A DNA stretch of 64,000 nucleotides from NCBI GenBank assembly GCA_963845515.1, contig CAWJSR010000026.1, positions 91,077 through 155,076 of the forward strand, read 5' to 3'. The position numbers and the translations under genes were made by a program. Within the stretch, counting starts at the first letter, position 1. Each line of letters opens with the position of its first letter. The notes below the pieces were generated by a model that was given only the letters and a program-made list of their open reading frames with translations, was not told the origin of the DNA and made no database searches. Source of the stretch: an uncultured delta proteobacterium (GTDB taxonomy: Bacteria; Myxococcota; Myxococcia; Myxococcales; Anaeromyxobacteraceae). This document shows positions 19,363 to 29,295 of this stretch, piece by piece.

Positions 19363-20532
19363 ATGTCCGACCGTAAGCATCGCTTCGAGACGCTCGCCAT
19401 CCACGCCGGCCAGCCGCCGGATCCGCGCACTGGCGCGGTCATGACGCCGATCTACCTCTCGTCCACCTTCGCGCAGGAGGGGCCGGGGAAGCACAAGGGG
19501 TACGAGTACTCCCGCTCGGGCAACCCCACGCGCGATGCGCTGGAGGGCTGCTACGCCGCGCTCGAGGGGGCGCGCCACGGGTTCGCCTTCGCGTCGGGCC
19601 TGGCGGCGAGCGACGCCGTCCTGCACCTCCTCGAGGCCGGGGACCACGTCGTGGCCTCCGACGACGTCTACGGCGGCACCTTCCGGATCCTCGACAAGGT
19701 CTACCGGCGCCACGGCATCGGCTTCGACCAGGTGGACATGACCGACCTCGCGGCCGTGGAGCGGGCCTTCAAGCCCGCGACCCGGCTCGTCTGGATCGAG
19801 AGCCCCACCAACCCGCTCCTCAAGATCGCCGACGTCGCCGCGGTGGCCCGGCTGGCCCGCGCCCGGAACGCCGTCTCGGTCGTCGACAACACGTTCGCCA
19901 CGCCGTACTTCCAGCGTCCGCTGGAGCTCGGGGCCGACCTCGCCGTCCACTCGGCGACCAAGTACCTGAACGGCCACTCCGACGTGGTCGGTGGCGCGGC
20001 GATGACCAACGACGACGCGCTCGCCGAGCGGCTCCGCTTCGTCCAGAACGCCGCGGGCGGCATCCCCTCCCCGATGGACTGCTACCTGGTGCTCCGCGGC
20101 CTGAAGACGCTCGCCGTCCGGATGGAGCGCCACGCCGCGGGGGCGATGAAGATCGCGCGCTGGCTCGAGGGGCACGCGCAGGTCGAGCGCGTCATCTACC
20201 CGGGGCTCACGTCGCACCCGCAGCACGCGCTGGCGGGGAGCCAGATGAGCGGCTTCGGCGGGATGCTCGCCTTCGTCGTTCGCGGCGGGCTGCCCGCGGC
20301 CCGCGCGTTCCTGGAGACGGTCCGCGTCTTCGCGTGCGCCGAGTCGCTGGGCGGCGTGGAGAGCCTCATCGAGCACCCGGCGATCATGACGCACGCCTCG
20401 ATCCCCGCGGAGCAGCGCGCCGCGCTGGGGATCGCCGACGGCCTGATCCGCGTCTCGGTGGGCATCGAGCACGTCGACGACCTGATCGCGGACCTCGAAG
20501 CAGGGTTCGCGGCGGCGCTCGCGCGCGGCTGA
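19363..20532 (+). CDS. cystathionine gamma-lyase/gamma-synthase
   Basis: FETLAIHAGQ, YEYSRSGNPTR, ESPTNP, DNTFATP, HSATKYLNGHSD, AESLGGVESL. Confidence 0.9.
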   Translation: MSDRKHRFETLAIHAGQPPDPRTGAVMTPIYLSSTFAQEGPGKHKGYEYSRSGNPTRDALEGCYAALEGARHGFAFASGLAASDAVLHLLEAGDHVVASDDVYGGTFRILDKVYRRHGIGFDQVDMTDLAAVERAFKPATRLVWIESPTNPLLKIADVAAVARLARARNAVSVVDNTFATPYFQRPLELGADLAVHSATKYLNGHSDVVGGAAMTNDDALAERLRFVQNAAGGIPSPMDCYLVLRGLKTLAVRMERHAAGAMKIARWLEGHAQVERVIYPGLTSHPQHALAGSQMSGFGGMLAFVVRGGLPAARAFLETVRVFACAESLGGVESLIEHPAIMTHASIPAEQRAALGIADGLIRVSVGIEHVDDLIADLEAGFAAALARG

Positions 20533-20650
20533 CGGCTCTCCTGCCGCCGGGGAGCTGCACGTGCCGCACGAGGGGGGCGGCCCCCACCGGTGGGGGAGGG
20601 GGAAGTGTGAGGTCGGAGCTTCTGCGGTAGAACACGGGCCAGAGGACCCC

Positions 20651-21502
20651 TTGCGGCTCGGACGCTACGAACTCCACGCCGTCCTCGACGGCACCTTCGC
20701 CCTCGACGGGGGCGCGATGTTCGGCGTCGTGCCGCGCCCGCTCTGGGAGCGGAAGATCGCGCCGGACGCGCGCAACCGGATCCCGCTCGCCGCCCGCTGC
20801 CTCCTCGCCATCGACCGTGACGCGAAGCGCGTCATCCTGGTTGACGACGGGATGGGCGACAAGTGGGACGCGAAGCGGATCGACATCTACGGGATCGACA
20901 AGGCCTCCGGAGACCTCCTGGGCGGGCTGAAGCGGCTCGGGATCGACCCTGAGGAGGTCACCGACGTCCTCCTCACGCACCTGCACTTCGACCACGCCGG
21001 CGGCACGACGCGGCGCGGCCCCGGCGGCGCGCCGTCGCTCGTCTTCCCCCGAGCGGTCCACCACCTGCAGCGCAGGAGCTGGCAGTGGGCGCACGCGCCC
21101 ACCGAGAAGGACACCGGCAGCTTCATGGACGAGAACTACGCGCTGCTGCAGCACTCCAACCAGCTCCACCTCGTCGACGGACCGGCCGAGCTCTTCCCGG
21201 ACGTGGAGCTGATCGTCTCGGATGGCCACACGGTCGCGCAGCAGCTGCCGCGCTTCCACGACGCGACGACCCACCTGACCTTCTGCGGCGACGTCATCCC
21301 CACCTCGGCGCACCTCAGGCCATCGTGGGTGATGGCCTACGACCTCCACCCGCTCACCACCATCGAGGAGAAGAAGGTCCTCGTGGCGGAGGCGCTGGAG
21401 GACGACGGCATCCTCTTCTTCGAGCACGACCCGGCGATCGCAGCCTGCCGCCTCGAGGAGCGCGACGGATCGACCGTCTTCCGCTCCGCGGTGGAGCTGT
21501 AG
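20651..21502 (+). CDS. MBL-fold metallo-hydrolase (YtnP-like)
   Basis: LDGGAMFGVVPRPLW, THLHFDHAGG, GHT, WVMAYDL. TTG start after GAGGA. Confidence 0.88.
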   Translation: MRLGRYELHAVLDGTFALDGGAMFGVVPRPLWERKIAPDARNRIPLAARCLLAIDRDAKRVILVDDGMGDKWDAKRIDIYGIDKASGDLLGGLKRLGIDPEEVTDVLLTHLHFDHAGGTTRRGPGGAPSLVFPRAVHHLQRRSWQWAHAPTEKDTGSFMDENYALLQHSNQLHLVDGPAELFPDVELIVSDGHTVAQQLPRFHDATTHLTFCGDVIPTSAHLRPSWVMAYDLHPLTTIEEKKVLVAEALEDDGILFFEHDPAIAACRLEERDGSTVFRSAVEL

Positions 21503-21537
21503 CGCTCAAGCACCCGCTCCGGCGGAGACTGGATCTC

Positions 21538-22704
21538 ATGGAAGGCAGCGTAACGATCTCCCGCCGCGGCTGTGACCGGCTGGCTGGTGGGCACCTCTGG
21601 ATCTACCGGGGCGACGTGGAGAAGGCAGGCCCCGGCCTCTCCCCCGGCGACGTCGTCGCGGTGAAGGACGGCCGCGGTCGCTTCCTCGCCAAGGCCTTCT
21701 GGTCCGAGCGCTCGCAGATCGCGCTCCGGATCGTCACCCGCGACGAGGAGCCGGTGGACGACGCGTTCTTCGCCGAGCGGATCGACCGCGCCGCGGCGCT
21801 GCGCGAGCTCACCCTCCCCGGGGTCTCGGCCCTCCGGGTCTTCCACGGCGAGGCGGACCTGCTCCCCGGCCTCGTCGCCGACCGGTACGGCGACGTCGTG
21901 GTGATCCAGACGCTCGTCCCGGCCACGGATCGACGCAAGGAGACGCTCGCTGCCATCCTCGCGGAGCGGCTCGGCGCACGGACGGTCGTGGAGCGGAACG
22001 ACGTGCGGGTGCGCGAGCTGGAGGGGCTCACGCAGACGAAGGGCGTCCTGCGCGGCCCGGAGCCCGGCCAGTCCGAGTACCGCGAGGGGGAGGTGCGGCT
22101 GGCCCTCGACGTGCTGAACGGCCAGAAGACGGGCGCCTTCCTCGACCAGCGGGAGAACCACCTGCGCGCCGGCGAGTACGCACGGGGGCGGTGCCTGGAC
22201 TGCTTCTCGTACACCGGCGGCTTCGCGCTGCAGCTGGCGCGCGGCGCCGGGCACGTGACCGCCGTGGAGATGCAGGCCCCGGCCGCGGCGCTGCTGCGCG
22301 GCAACGTCGCGCTCAACGGCGCGGGCAACGTGGAGGTGCTGGAGCAGAACGCCTTCGACTACCTCCGCGACGAGTCAGAGAAGGAGCCGTCCTGGGACAT
22401 GGTCGTCCTCGATCCCCCGGCGTTCGCCAAGAACAAGACGGCGTTCGCGGCTGCACGCCGAGGCTACAAGGAGATCAACCTCCGCGCGATCCAGATCCTC
22501 AAGCCTGGCGGGGTGCTCGTCACGTCGTCGTGCAGCTACCACATGCCGGAGCCGGAGCTGGAGGCGCTCGTCCTAGACGCCGCCAACGACGCCGGGCGCA
22601 GGGTGCAGCTGCTGGAGCGCCGCGGCGCCGGGCGCGACCACCCCGTGCTGCTCGGGGTGGGTGAGACCCGCTACCTGAAGTGCTTCTTCCTGCGGGTGCT
22701 GTAG
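21538..22704 (+). CDS. rlmI: class I SAM-dependent rRNA methyltransferase, RlmI-like
   Basis: GHLWIY PUA-like start, EADLLPGLVADRYG, GQKTGAFLDQRENH, VLDPPAFAK, SSCS, DHP..ETRYLK. Confidence 0.82.
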   Translation: MEGSVTISRRGCDRLAGGHLWIYRGDVEKAGPGLSPGDVVAVKDGRGRFLAKAFWSERSQIALRIVTRDEEPVDDAFFAERIDRAAALRELTLPGVSALRVFHGEADLLPGLVADRYGDVVVIQTLVPATDRRKETLAAILAERLGARTVVERNDVRVRELEGLTQTKGVLRGPEPGQSEYREGEVRLALDVLNGQKTGAFLDQRENHLRAGEYARGRCLDCFSYTGGFALQLARGAGHVTAVEMQAPAAALLRGNVALNGAGNVEVLEQNAFDYLRDESEKEPSWDMVVLDPPAFAKNKTAFAAARRGYKEINLRAIQILKPGGVLVTSSCSYHMPEPELEALVLDAANDAGRRVQLLERRGAGRDHPVLLGVGETRYLKCFFLRVL

Positions 22705-22758
22705 TGGCCGGACCGGGCAGGGAGCCACGACCGTAGCGCAGGCCAGGAGCGGACCGCG

Positions 22759-24885
22759 ATGACCGAGGTCGACGAGGCGAAGGTGCTCGAGAGCTGCGCG
22801 ATGCTCGGCCGGCTCGGTCCCGCCGGGAGGGCCCGGCTGAGGCTGTGCGCTGACCGGCTTGAGCTGGCGGCGGGGGATCGGGTGCCGCTCCCGCCCGGGG
22901 AGCGCGGCCCGCTCTACCTGCTCCTCTCCGGCGAGGCCTGCCTCCGCCGTGAGCAGCTCGCCCTCCGCCGGCTCGGCCCGGGCGACCACTTCGGCGTCCT
23001 CGCCTTCTTCGGCGCCGCGGACCGGCCCGAGTCAGTGACGGCCGAGAAGCCCACCGTCCTCCTGCGCGTCTCGCCCGGATGCTTCGATGGGATCGCCGCC
23101 CGCGAGCCGGCCGTGGCGCTCGGGATCGTCGAGGCGCTGGCCGCTTCGCTCGGCCGCGAGCTGGCGCACCGCACGTCGGAGGCGGTCCTCTTCCTCCAGG
23201 GGCGCTCCCTGCCGCGCAGCGCCTCCGTGACCGTCCACCTGGGCAGCGGCGATCTCCAGGTCGCGACCGGCACCACGGTGATGGACCTCCTCCCGAAGCA
23301 GATCGACGGCGCGATCGTGGTCGCTGGGCTCCTCGGGCAGAAGCCGGTCTCGCTCTCGACCCCCGTCTTCCTCGACACCTCCCTCGCGCCGCTGACCATG
23401 CGCCACTCGGAGGGGCGGCAGATCTACGCCAGCTCGCTGGGGTTGGTCCTCCTGGAGGCGGCTGGGCGCGTCGCGCCAGGGCTGCCGGTGCGGATGGGCC
23501 CATCCCGCGGCACGCACCAGGTCGTGCAGGTCGGGGACGGCGCGGTCGACCTCGCCGATCTGTCGCGCCGCCTCTTCGCCGAGATGGAGCGGATCTGCGC
23601 GTCGGACGCCCCCATCAGGCTGGAGCTCTGGCCCACCGACGAGGCGGCCCACCACTTCCGCGAGCGGGGCTGGGACGACGCCGCCAAGCTCCTGCGAACG
23701 ACGCGGCTCGCCACGCACCGGCTCGTCTCCTGCGGGGAGCTCTACGCCCTCTCGATGGGGCCGCTCCTCCCCTCGACCGGGATGCTCGGCGGCTTCCAGC
23801 TTTCGCCCGGCGACGAGGGGCTCGCGCTGGGGCTGGGCGAGCGCGATCCCCGGCTCGGCGCCACGCCGGCCACGCCGGCGGCGCAGGGACGTCGCGGCGG
23901 CGACGGCGCCATGGTGATCGACCACCAGCGCTGGCTCGCGGGGATGGGGGTGACGAGCGTCGGCGCGTTCAACGAGCTCTGCATCAACGGCCAGGTCACC
24001 CAGCTCATCCGGATCGCCGAGGGGTTCCAGGAGAAGCGCGTCGGGCAGATCGCCGATCGCGTCGCCGCGGCGCGCGATCGGATCCGGATCATCGCGATCG
24101 CGGGCCCCTCGTCCTCGGGGAAGACCACCTTCATCAAGCGGCTGACGGTTCAGCTGCAGATCAACGGCATCACCCCGGTCGGGATCTCGCTCGACGACTA
24201 CTACGTCGATCGCGTGAAGACGCCGAAGGACGCGCAGGGCGAGTACGACTTCGAGGCGCTGGAGGCGCTCGACCTCGCCACCCTGCAGGACCACGTGGCG
24301 CGGCTGCTGCGGGGAGAGACGGTGAGGTCGCCCCACTACGACTTCAGGACCGGGACGAGCCGCGTGGACGGCCAGACCGTGGCGCTCCGCGCCGGCGACG
24401 TGCTGATGCTCGAGGGGATCCATGGCCTCAACCCGCGGCTGCTCGGCGAGGTGCCGGGCGAGGGGACGCTCTTCCGCGTCTTCATCCACCCGGCCACGAC
24501 GCTCCCGTTCGACCGGCTCTCGCGCGTCTCGGCGACCGACCTGAGGCTGCTGCGCCGGATCATCCGCGACCGCCACCAGCGCGGGTACAGCGCGGCGGAC
24601 AACATCGTGCGCTGGCCGAGCGTCCAGGCGGGGGAGCGGGCGCACATCTTCCCTCACCAGGTCGAGGCGGACGCAGTCTTCGACACCTCGCTCGTCTACG
24701 AGCCGGCGGTCCTCAAGGTCTACGCCGAGCGCTACCTGCTGGAGGTGCCGACGGACCACCCGGCCTACCCGACTGCGCTGCGGCTGCGCCACCTGGTGGA
24801 CCGGTTCGTCTCGATCTACCCCGACCACGTCCCGCCGACCTCGCTCATGCGCGAGTTCATCGGGGGCAGCGGGTTCGAGTACTAG
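22759..24885 (+). CDS. cNMP-binding domain fused to a long-form uridine/nucleoside kinase
   Basis: N-terminal cNMP-like fold (LYLLLSGEA..LGPGDHFG), Walker A IAGPSSSGKTT, LDDYY, EGIHGLN, RLLRRIIRD, SLMREFIGGS. Confidence 0.82.
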   Translation: MTEVDEAKVLESCAMLGRLGPAGRARLRLCADRLELAAGDRVPLPPGERGPLYLLLSGEACLRREQLALRRLGPGDHFGVLAFFGAADRPESVTAEKPTVLLRVSPGCFDGIAAREPAVALGIVEALAASLGRELAHRTSEAVLFLQGRSLPRSASVTVHLGSGDLQVATGTTVMDLLPKQIDGAIVVAGLLGQKPVSLSTPVFLDTSLAPLTMRHSEGRQIYASSLGLVLLEAAGRVAPGLPVRMGPSRGTHQVVQVGDGAVDLADLSRRLFAEMERICASDAPIRLELWPTDEAAHHFRERGWDDAAKLLRTTRLATHRLVSCGELYALSMGPLLPSTGMLGGFQLSPGDEGLALGLGERDPRLGATPATPAAQGRRGGDGAMVIDHQRWLAGMGVTSVGAFNELCINGQVTQLIRIAEGFQEKRVGQIADRVAAARDRIRIIAIAGPSSSGKTTFIKRLTVQLQINGITPVGISLDDYYVDRVKTPKDAQGEYDFEALEALDLATLQDHVARLLRGETVRSPHYDFRTGTSRVDGQTVALRAGDVLMLEGIHGLNPRLLGEVPGEGTLFRVFIHPATTLPFDRLSRVSATDLRLLRRIIRDRHQRGYSAADNIVRWPSVQAGERAHIFPHQVEADAVFDTSLVYEPAVLKVYAERYLLEVPTDHPAYPTALRLRHLVDRFVSIYPDHVPPTSLMREFIGGSGFEY

Positions 24886-24979
24886 GGCCGAGCCAACCCG
24901 GGCCAGTCGAGGCACCCCAGGTGGGGCAGCGCCCTGCTTGCGCCGATGGGCGTAGCCCAAGCGTGCAAGATCTCCCGGG

Positions 24980-27728
24980 ATGAGGCGCATTGCGCGGCTC
25001 GCGGTGCTGGTCATCGTCCTGATGGCTGCACGCGCGCGCGCGCAGCCGGCGGGCGACCCGACCCCCGGAACGCTGGCGCCGCTCGTCGTCATCCTGAATC
25101 CCATGGACGGCGCCGTCGTGGCCGAGCGAATCCGCCTTCAGGCGCGGGTTCACCACCCGCTGGGGCTCGATGCCGTCACTGCCGTCACCCTCTCCGTCTC
25201 GGGCGCGGGGGGCTCCACGGTTGCGCTCGCGCGCAACGCGCGCTACACGCTGGGCGACCAGCGGGCCATCTACGAGGCGTTGCTCACGCTGGAGCCGGGG
25301 AGCCACGCGCTCGTCGCGACCGCGACCGACGCGGCGGGGCGCTCGACCCGGTCCGCGGCCGTCACCGTGCAGGCGCACGTCTTCCGCGGCGACGGAAACC
25401 TCCTGGTGACCGACGACTCGAGCCAGCTATGCACGGCGTGCCACGCCGACGCCGTCCACGGGAGCGAGGCGACGGGGCGAGCGCACGGCGCCTGGAGCAC
25501 GACCTGCCGCGACTGCCACGCGCCGCACGACACGGTGAACGCCAGCCTCATCCGGGAGACGATCGAGCCGCCGTGGTTGGTCGGCGCCGAGCCCCCGTCC
25601 CCGCGCCCGGTCCGCTTCGCGACGCGCGCCGGCTACTCGGCGCTGGGCGGGCTCCCGAACCCCTTCTGGGCGACCTACACGAACGGCGACGCGAGCGGGC
25701 CCTGCCAGGTGTGCCACACGCGGACCGCGCGGTGGCGAGCTGGAGGCGAGGTGGACGACGTCCACCAAGGCGACTGCACGTTCTGCCACCGCCACGCGGC
25801 CGGGCTCACGGCGACCTGCGACGAGTGCCAGCGCGATGCCGCCGGGGACGGGGGCGCACGCGGCGCACGTCGGCGCGTCCGCGCCGGCGCCTCGCTTCCC
25901 GAGCGATCCCCGGCCGCTCGGCTGCGGCAGCTGCCATCCGTCGGACCCCAGCGCCACGGCGACGGCGCGAGCCAGGTCCTGCTCAACCCGTCGCTCGCGC
26001 TGCGGGGTGGCACGCTCACGTCGGGCGCGAGCGCGTCGGGATCCGGGAGCGGCACGACCTGCGTCGTCGCGTGTCACTTCCCGCTGGGCTCCCCGACGCC
26101 GGGCGCGCGGGTCGCCTGGAGCACCGTGGGACCGCTCCCGTGCACGTCCTGCCACGCGAGGATCGACCCCACCGGCGTCGCGCCGACGCCGCGCGCCGGA
26201 CCTTCGCTGCACGACCCGATCTTCTCGGAGGCGCGCCCCGCGAGCGGCGAACCGACGACCTGCTACTCCTGCCACGCCTCGGGCTCGCACGACGCGACGC
26301 ACCTCACCGGGAGCCCGGGGCTCGCGCCGAGCGCCGCCGTCAACGCGGTCTGCATCGCCTGCCACACGCCGCCCTCCGGACCGTCCGCCGGTGCGCCCGG
26401 GCAGGTGCTCCACGCCGGGGCGGACGCGCGCCTCCTCGCGGACGCCGCCCGCCCTCCCTGGCTGGACCGCGGGGACGGTCGACGCGGCGAGCGGCGACTT
26501 CCACGGAGGGCGCCGCGGGACCTGCTTCGACCCGGTGGGCGGCCCGCTGCCCTGCGCCCCAGCGGCGACCCCGACCGGCTACGGGGGGACGCTAAGGGCG
26601 CCATACACCCGCGGCCAGCCCGCCCTGCCCTGCGCGAGCCTGCCACGCGGGCCACGCGAGCGACAACAGCTTCCTCTTCGCCGCGGTGGTGAACGGCACG
26701 CCGATCCCGCCGGGCTCGATCGATCGCACCGGGGTCGGCGCGGAGAGGCTCTGCGAGGCGTGCCACGCGGGAGGGCGCCACGACCGCTGCGTCGGGTGCC
26801 ACACCGACGCCTACTACTGCGACGAGAACGCCCAGTGCTGGATGGACGGCGCGGCGACCCACGTCGACCCGGCGCCGGCCGGCAGCGCCTGCTTCTTCTG
26901 CCACGGCCACGAGGGGATCCTGCGCTGGACCCAGCCCGGCCCGAACATGGATTTCCCGTGGGAGCCCGCGTGCGACCACTGCCACTCGACCTTCGCCCCC
27001 ACGAGCAACAACCCGCCGACGATCGTGCCGCCGGACCTCGCCGCCCCCACGCTGCCGTACGGCGCGCCCCAGGTCTCCGCGATCACGTCGACGGGCGCGA
27101 CCCTCTCCTGGCAGACGAACGAGGCGGCCTCGACGTGGATCGAGTACGGGATCGGGATGCCCGGCTACGTGACCGGGAGCGCCGCGGAGGTCTGGACGCA
27201 CTCCGTCACGCTCTCCGGGCTCACCGCCGGTACCACCTACGTCTGGCGGATCCGGAGCGGCGACGCCTTCCGGAACGTGCTCCGGACGGAGCTCCGCTCG
27301 TTCACCACGTCCGCCCCGGGCGCGGTGCCGATCCCGGACCTCCACGCGGTGGGCTGGACCGGGGTCGACGTCGCCCGAGACGGCCATGGGGCTGGCGCTC
27401 ACCTGGTTCCCGGTCGCCGCGCCGACCGGCAACCCCGTGGAGTACCGCGTCCAGCTCGCCTCGGATCCGGCCTTCGCGACCCTCGAGAACGGATCGCCGC
27501 CGGACTCCGGCTGGATCGCGGGAGCACCCACGACGATGGACGGACGACCGGCGCTCCAGCTCGGGGTCCAGCTCACCAACCTGCCGGTGGATCAGTGCGC
27601 CGAAGAGGTGCCGTACAGCACGCTACTACTGGCGCGTGAAGGCGCGTGACGCGGTCACCGGCACGGAGTCGACGTGGTCGGTCGTCGATGGCTTCAACGC
27701 GACGTCCTTCGACCCCTGGGGCTGCTGA
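24980..27728 (+). CDS. secreted multiheme c-type cytochrome (~15 heme motifs) with Ig-like and FN3-like domains; six frame breaks
   Basis: Signal peptide, 12 intact CxxCH, one CVVACH and two motifs split by indels (CDEC|H at 25831, CAS|CH at 26640). FN3-like segments HSVTLSGLTAGTTYVWRI and YYWRVKARD. Confidence 0.78.
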
Positions 27729-27729
27729 G

Positions 27730-28011
27730 CTACAGGAACTCGCAGAGGTAGGCGGCCGGGGCAGCGGCCTTCACGTCGAAGCCGCTCTTCCCCGCGACCT
27801 CGAAGGACGTCCCGGCGGGGAAGGGGCGCCACGCCTCGTCGCCCGGGTACTTCACCCAGAGCTCCCCGGAGATGACGTGCATCCGCTCGGGAGCGTCGGT
27901 GCCGAAGTGGAACTCGCCGACGTCGATGACGCCGGCCGTCTGGCGCCGGCCGTTCCGCTCGAAGCCGACGCTCTGGACCTTGCCGTCGAAGAAGATCTTG
28001 TGTGCGAGCAT
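27730..28011 (-). CDS. ppnP: pyrimidine/purine nucleoside phosphorylase PpnP (YaiE)
   Basis: FFDGKVQSVGF..GVI..GEFHFGTDAPERMHVISG..FEV..F..AYLCEFL, 93 aa. Confidence 0.88.
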   Translation of the reverse strand: MLAHKIFFDGKVQSVGFERNGRRQTAGVIDVGEFHFGTDAPERMHVISGELWVKYPGDEAWRPFPAGTSFEVAGKSGFDVKAAAPAAYLCEFL

Positions 28012-28049
28012 CCGCGCAAGAAATCACGGCGCGTCGGGGACGGTCAACG

Positions 28050-28133
28050 CCACGGGGCGTGCCGCCCCGCCCCGCCGGCGGAGCCGTCGGGGTCCCCTCC
28101 CCTGCCGCGCGCCGACTCCGGCGCGGGCGCGGC
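28050..28133 (+). repeat. dispersed structured intergenic repeat family A, copy 2
   Basis: Near-identical to 19252-19336 over ~84 bp. Confidence 0.85.
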
Positions 28134-28158
28134 GGCCTCGCCGCGCCAGTCGCGTCGC

Positions 28159-29181
28159 TCAGGCGTCCCCGAGGAACTCGTGCGCGGGGAAGAGGAGCAC
28201 CTCCTCGATCGACCGCGCGCCGGCCAGCAGCATCAGGAGCCGATCGACGCCGACGGCCACGCCGCCGGCGTCGGGCATGCGCCCCACCGCCTCGATGAAG
28301 CGCTCGTCCAGCGGGAAGACCGGGCGGCCGAGCCGCGCGCGCAGCGCCTGCTCCTCGACGAGCCGCCGCCGCTGCTCCGCGGCGTCGTTCAGCTCGGTGT
28401 AGCCGTTCGCGAGCTCGAGCCCCCCTGCGTAGAGCTCGAACCGCTCCGCCCAGCGCGGGTCGTCGCGCTTGAGCTTGGCGAGCGCCGCCATCGAGGCGGG
28501 CCAGTCGACTAGGTAGACCGGACGCTCGACGCCCAGCCTCGGCTCGACGGCGTGCAGGAAGACGCGGAAGAAGACGTCGTCGAAGGGCTCGCCGCCTGGG
28601 CCCGGGTCGTGACCGGCGGCCCGCGCCGCCGCCGCGAGCAGCGAGGGATCCCCGGCGCAGGCTGCCAGGTCGATCGCAGCGTGGCGCGCGAAGGCCTCGG
28701 CGACGCTGATCCGATCGAACGGCGCCGCGAGGTCGAGCGGACGGCCGTCCCGCTCGACGCGCGTCCCGCCGCCGGGCAGCAGCGCGCGCGCGCAGCGATC
28801 GACCAGCCGCTCCAGGTCCTCCATCACGCCCCGGTAGTCCGTCCCCGCCCGGTAGAACTCGAGCATGGTGAACTCCGGGTTGTGCGTCGCGGAGACCTCG
28901 CCGTTGCGGAAGACGCGGGCGAGCTGGAAGATCCGCTCCCACCCGCCGGCCAGGAGCCGCTTCATCGCGTACTCCGGGCTGGAGTGGAGCCAGAGCGGCC
29001 GCGGGGTCCCCTCCAGCGGCCGGAACGGGGCGAGGAACGGATCGACGTGCGGCTCCATCCCGGGCGCCGGGACGAGACACGGCGTCTCGACCTCCTCGTA
29101 GGCCATCTCCTCGAACGCCCTTCGCACCTCCCCTGCGAAGCGGGCGCGAAGCCGCGCGTTCCTGACCCTGATCCGTTCCAT
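28159..29181 (-). CDS. epmA: EF-P lysine aminoacylase EpmA (GenX)
   Basis: EVETP, SPEYAMKRLLA, FRNGE..HNPEFTMLEFYR, ERFELY..GLELANGYTEL, GVAVGVDRLLM. Confidence 0.92.
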   Translation of the reverse strand: MERIRVRNARLRARFAGEVRRAFEEMAYEEVETPCLVPAPGMEPHVDPFLAPFRPLEGTPRPLWLHSSPEYAMKRLLAGGWERIFQLARVFRNGEVSATHNPEFTMLEFYRAGTDYRGVMEDLERLVDRCARALLPGGGTRVERDGRPLDLAAPFDRISVAEAFARHAAIDLAACAGDPSLLAAAARAAGHDPGPGGEPFDDVFFRVFLHAVEPRLGVERPVYLVDWPASMAALAKLKRDDPRWAERFELYAGGLELANGYTELNDAAEQRRRLVEEQALRARLGRPVFPLDERFIEAVGRMPDAGGVAVGVDRLLMLLAGARSIEEVLLFPAHEFLGDA

Positions 29182-29295
29182 CGGCCGCGGAGCATACCGC
29201 GGTGGGAAACCACCGCCCGCCTCGACTTCCGCCGTGGGCGGTGGTTTCCTCCATCGAGGCGTCCCCGTGGGAGCGCCCGGAGGTCACGCCCCTTG

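Noticed and set aside
20573..20612. CCCCCACCGGTGGGGGAGGGGGAAGTGTGAGG as another family-B repeat
   Set aside because: It resembles a degenerate copy but the stem is too eroded to list with confidence.
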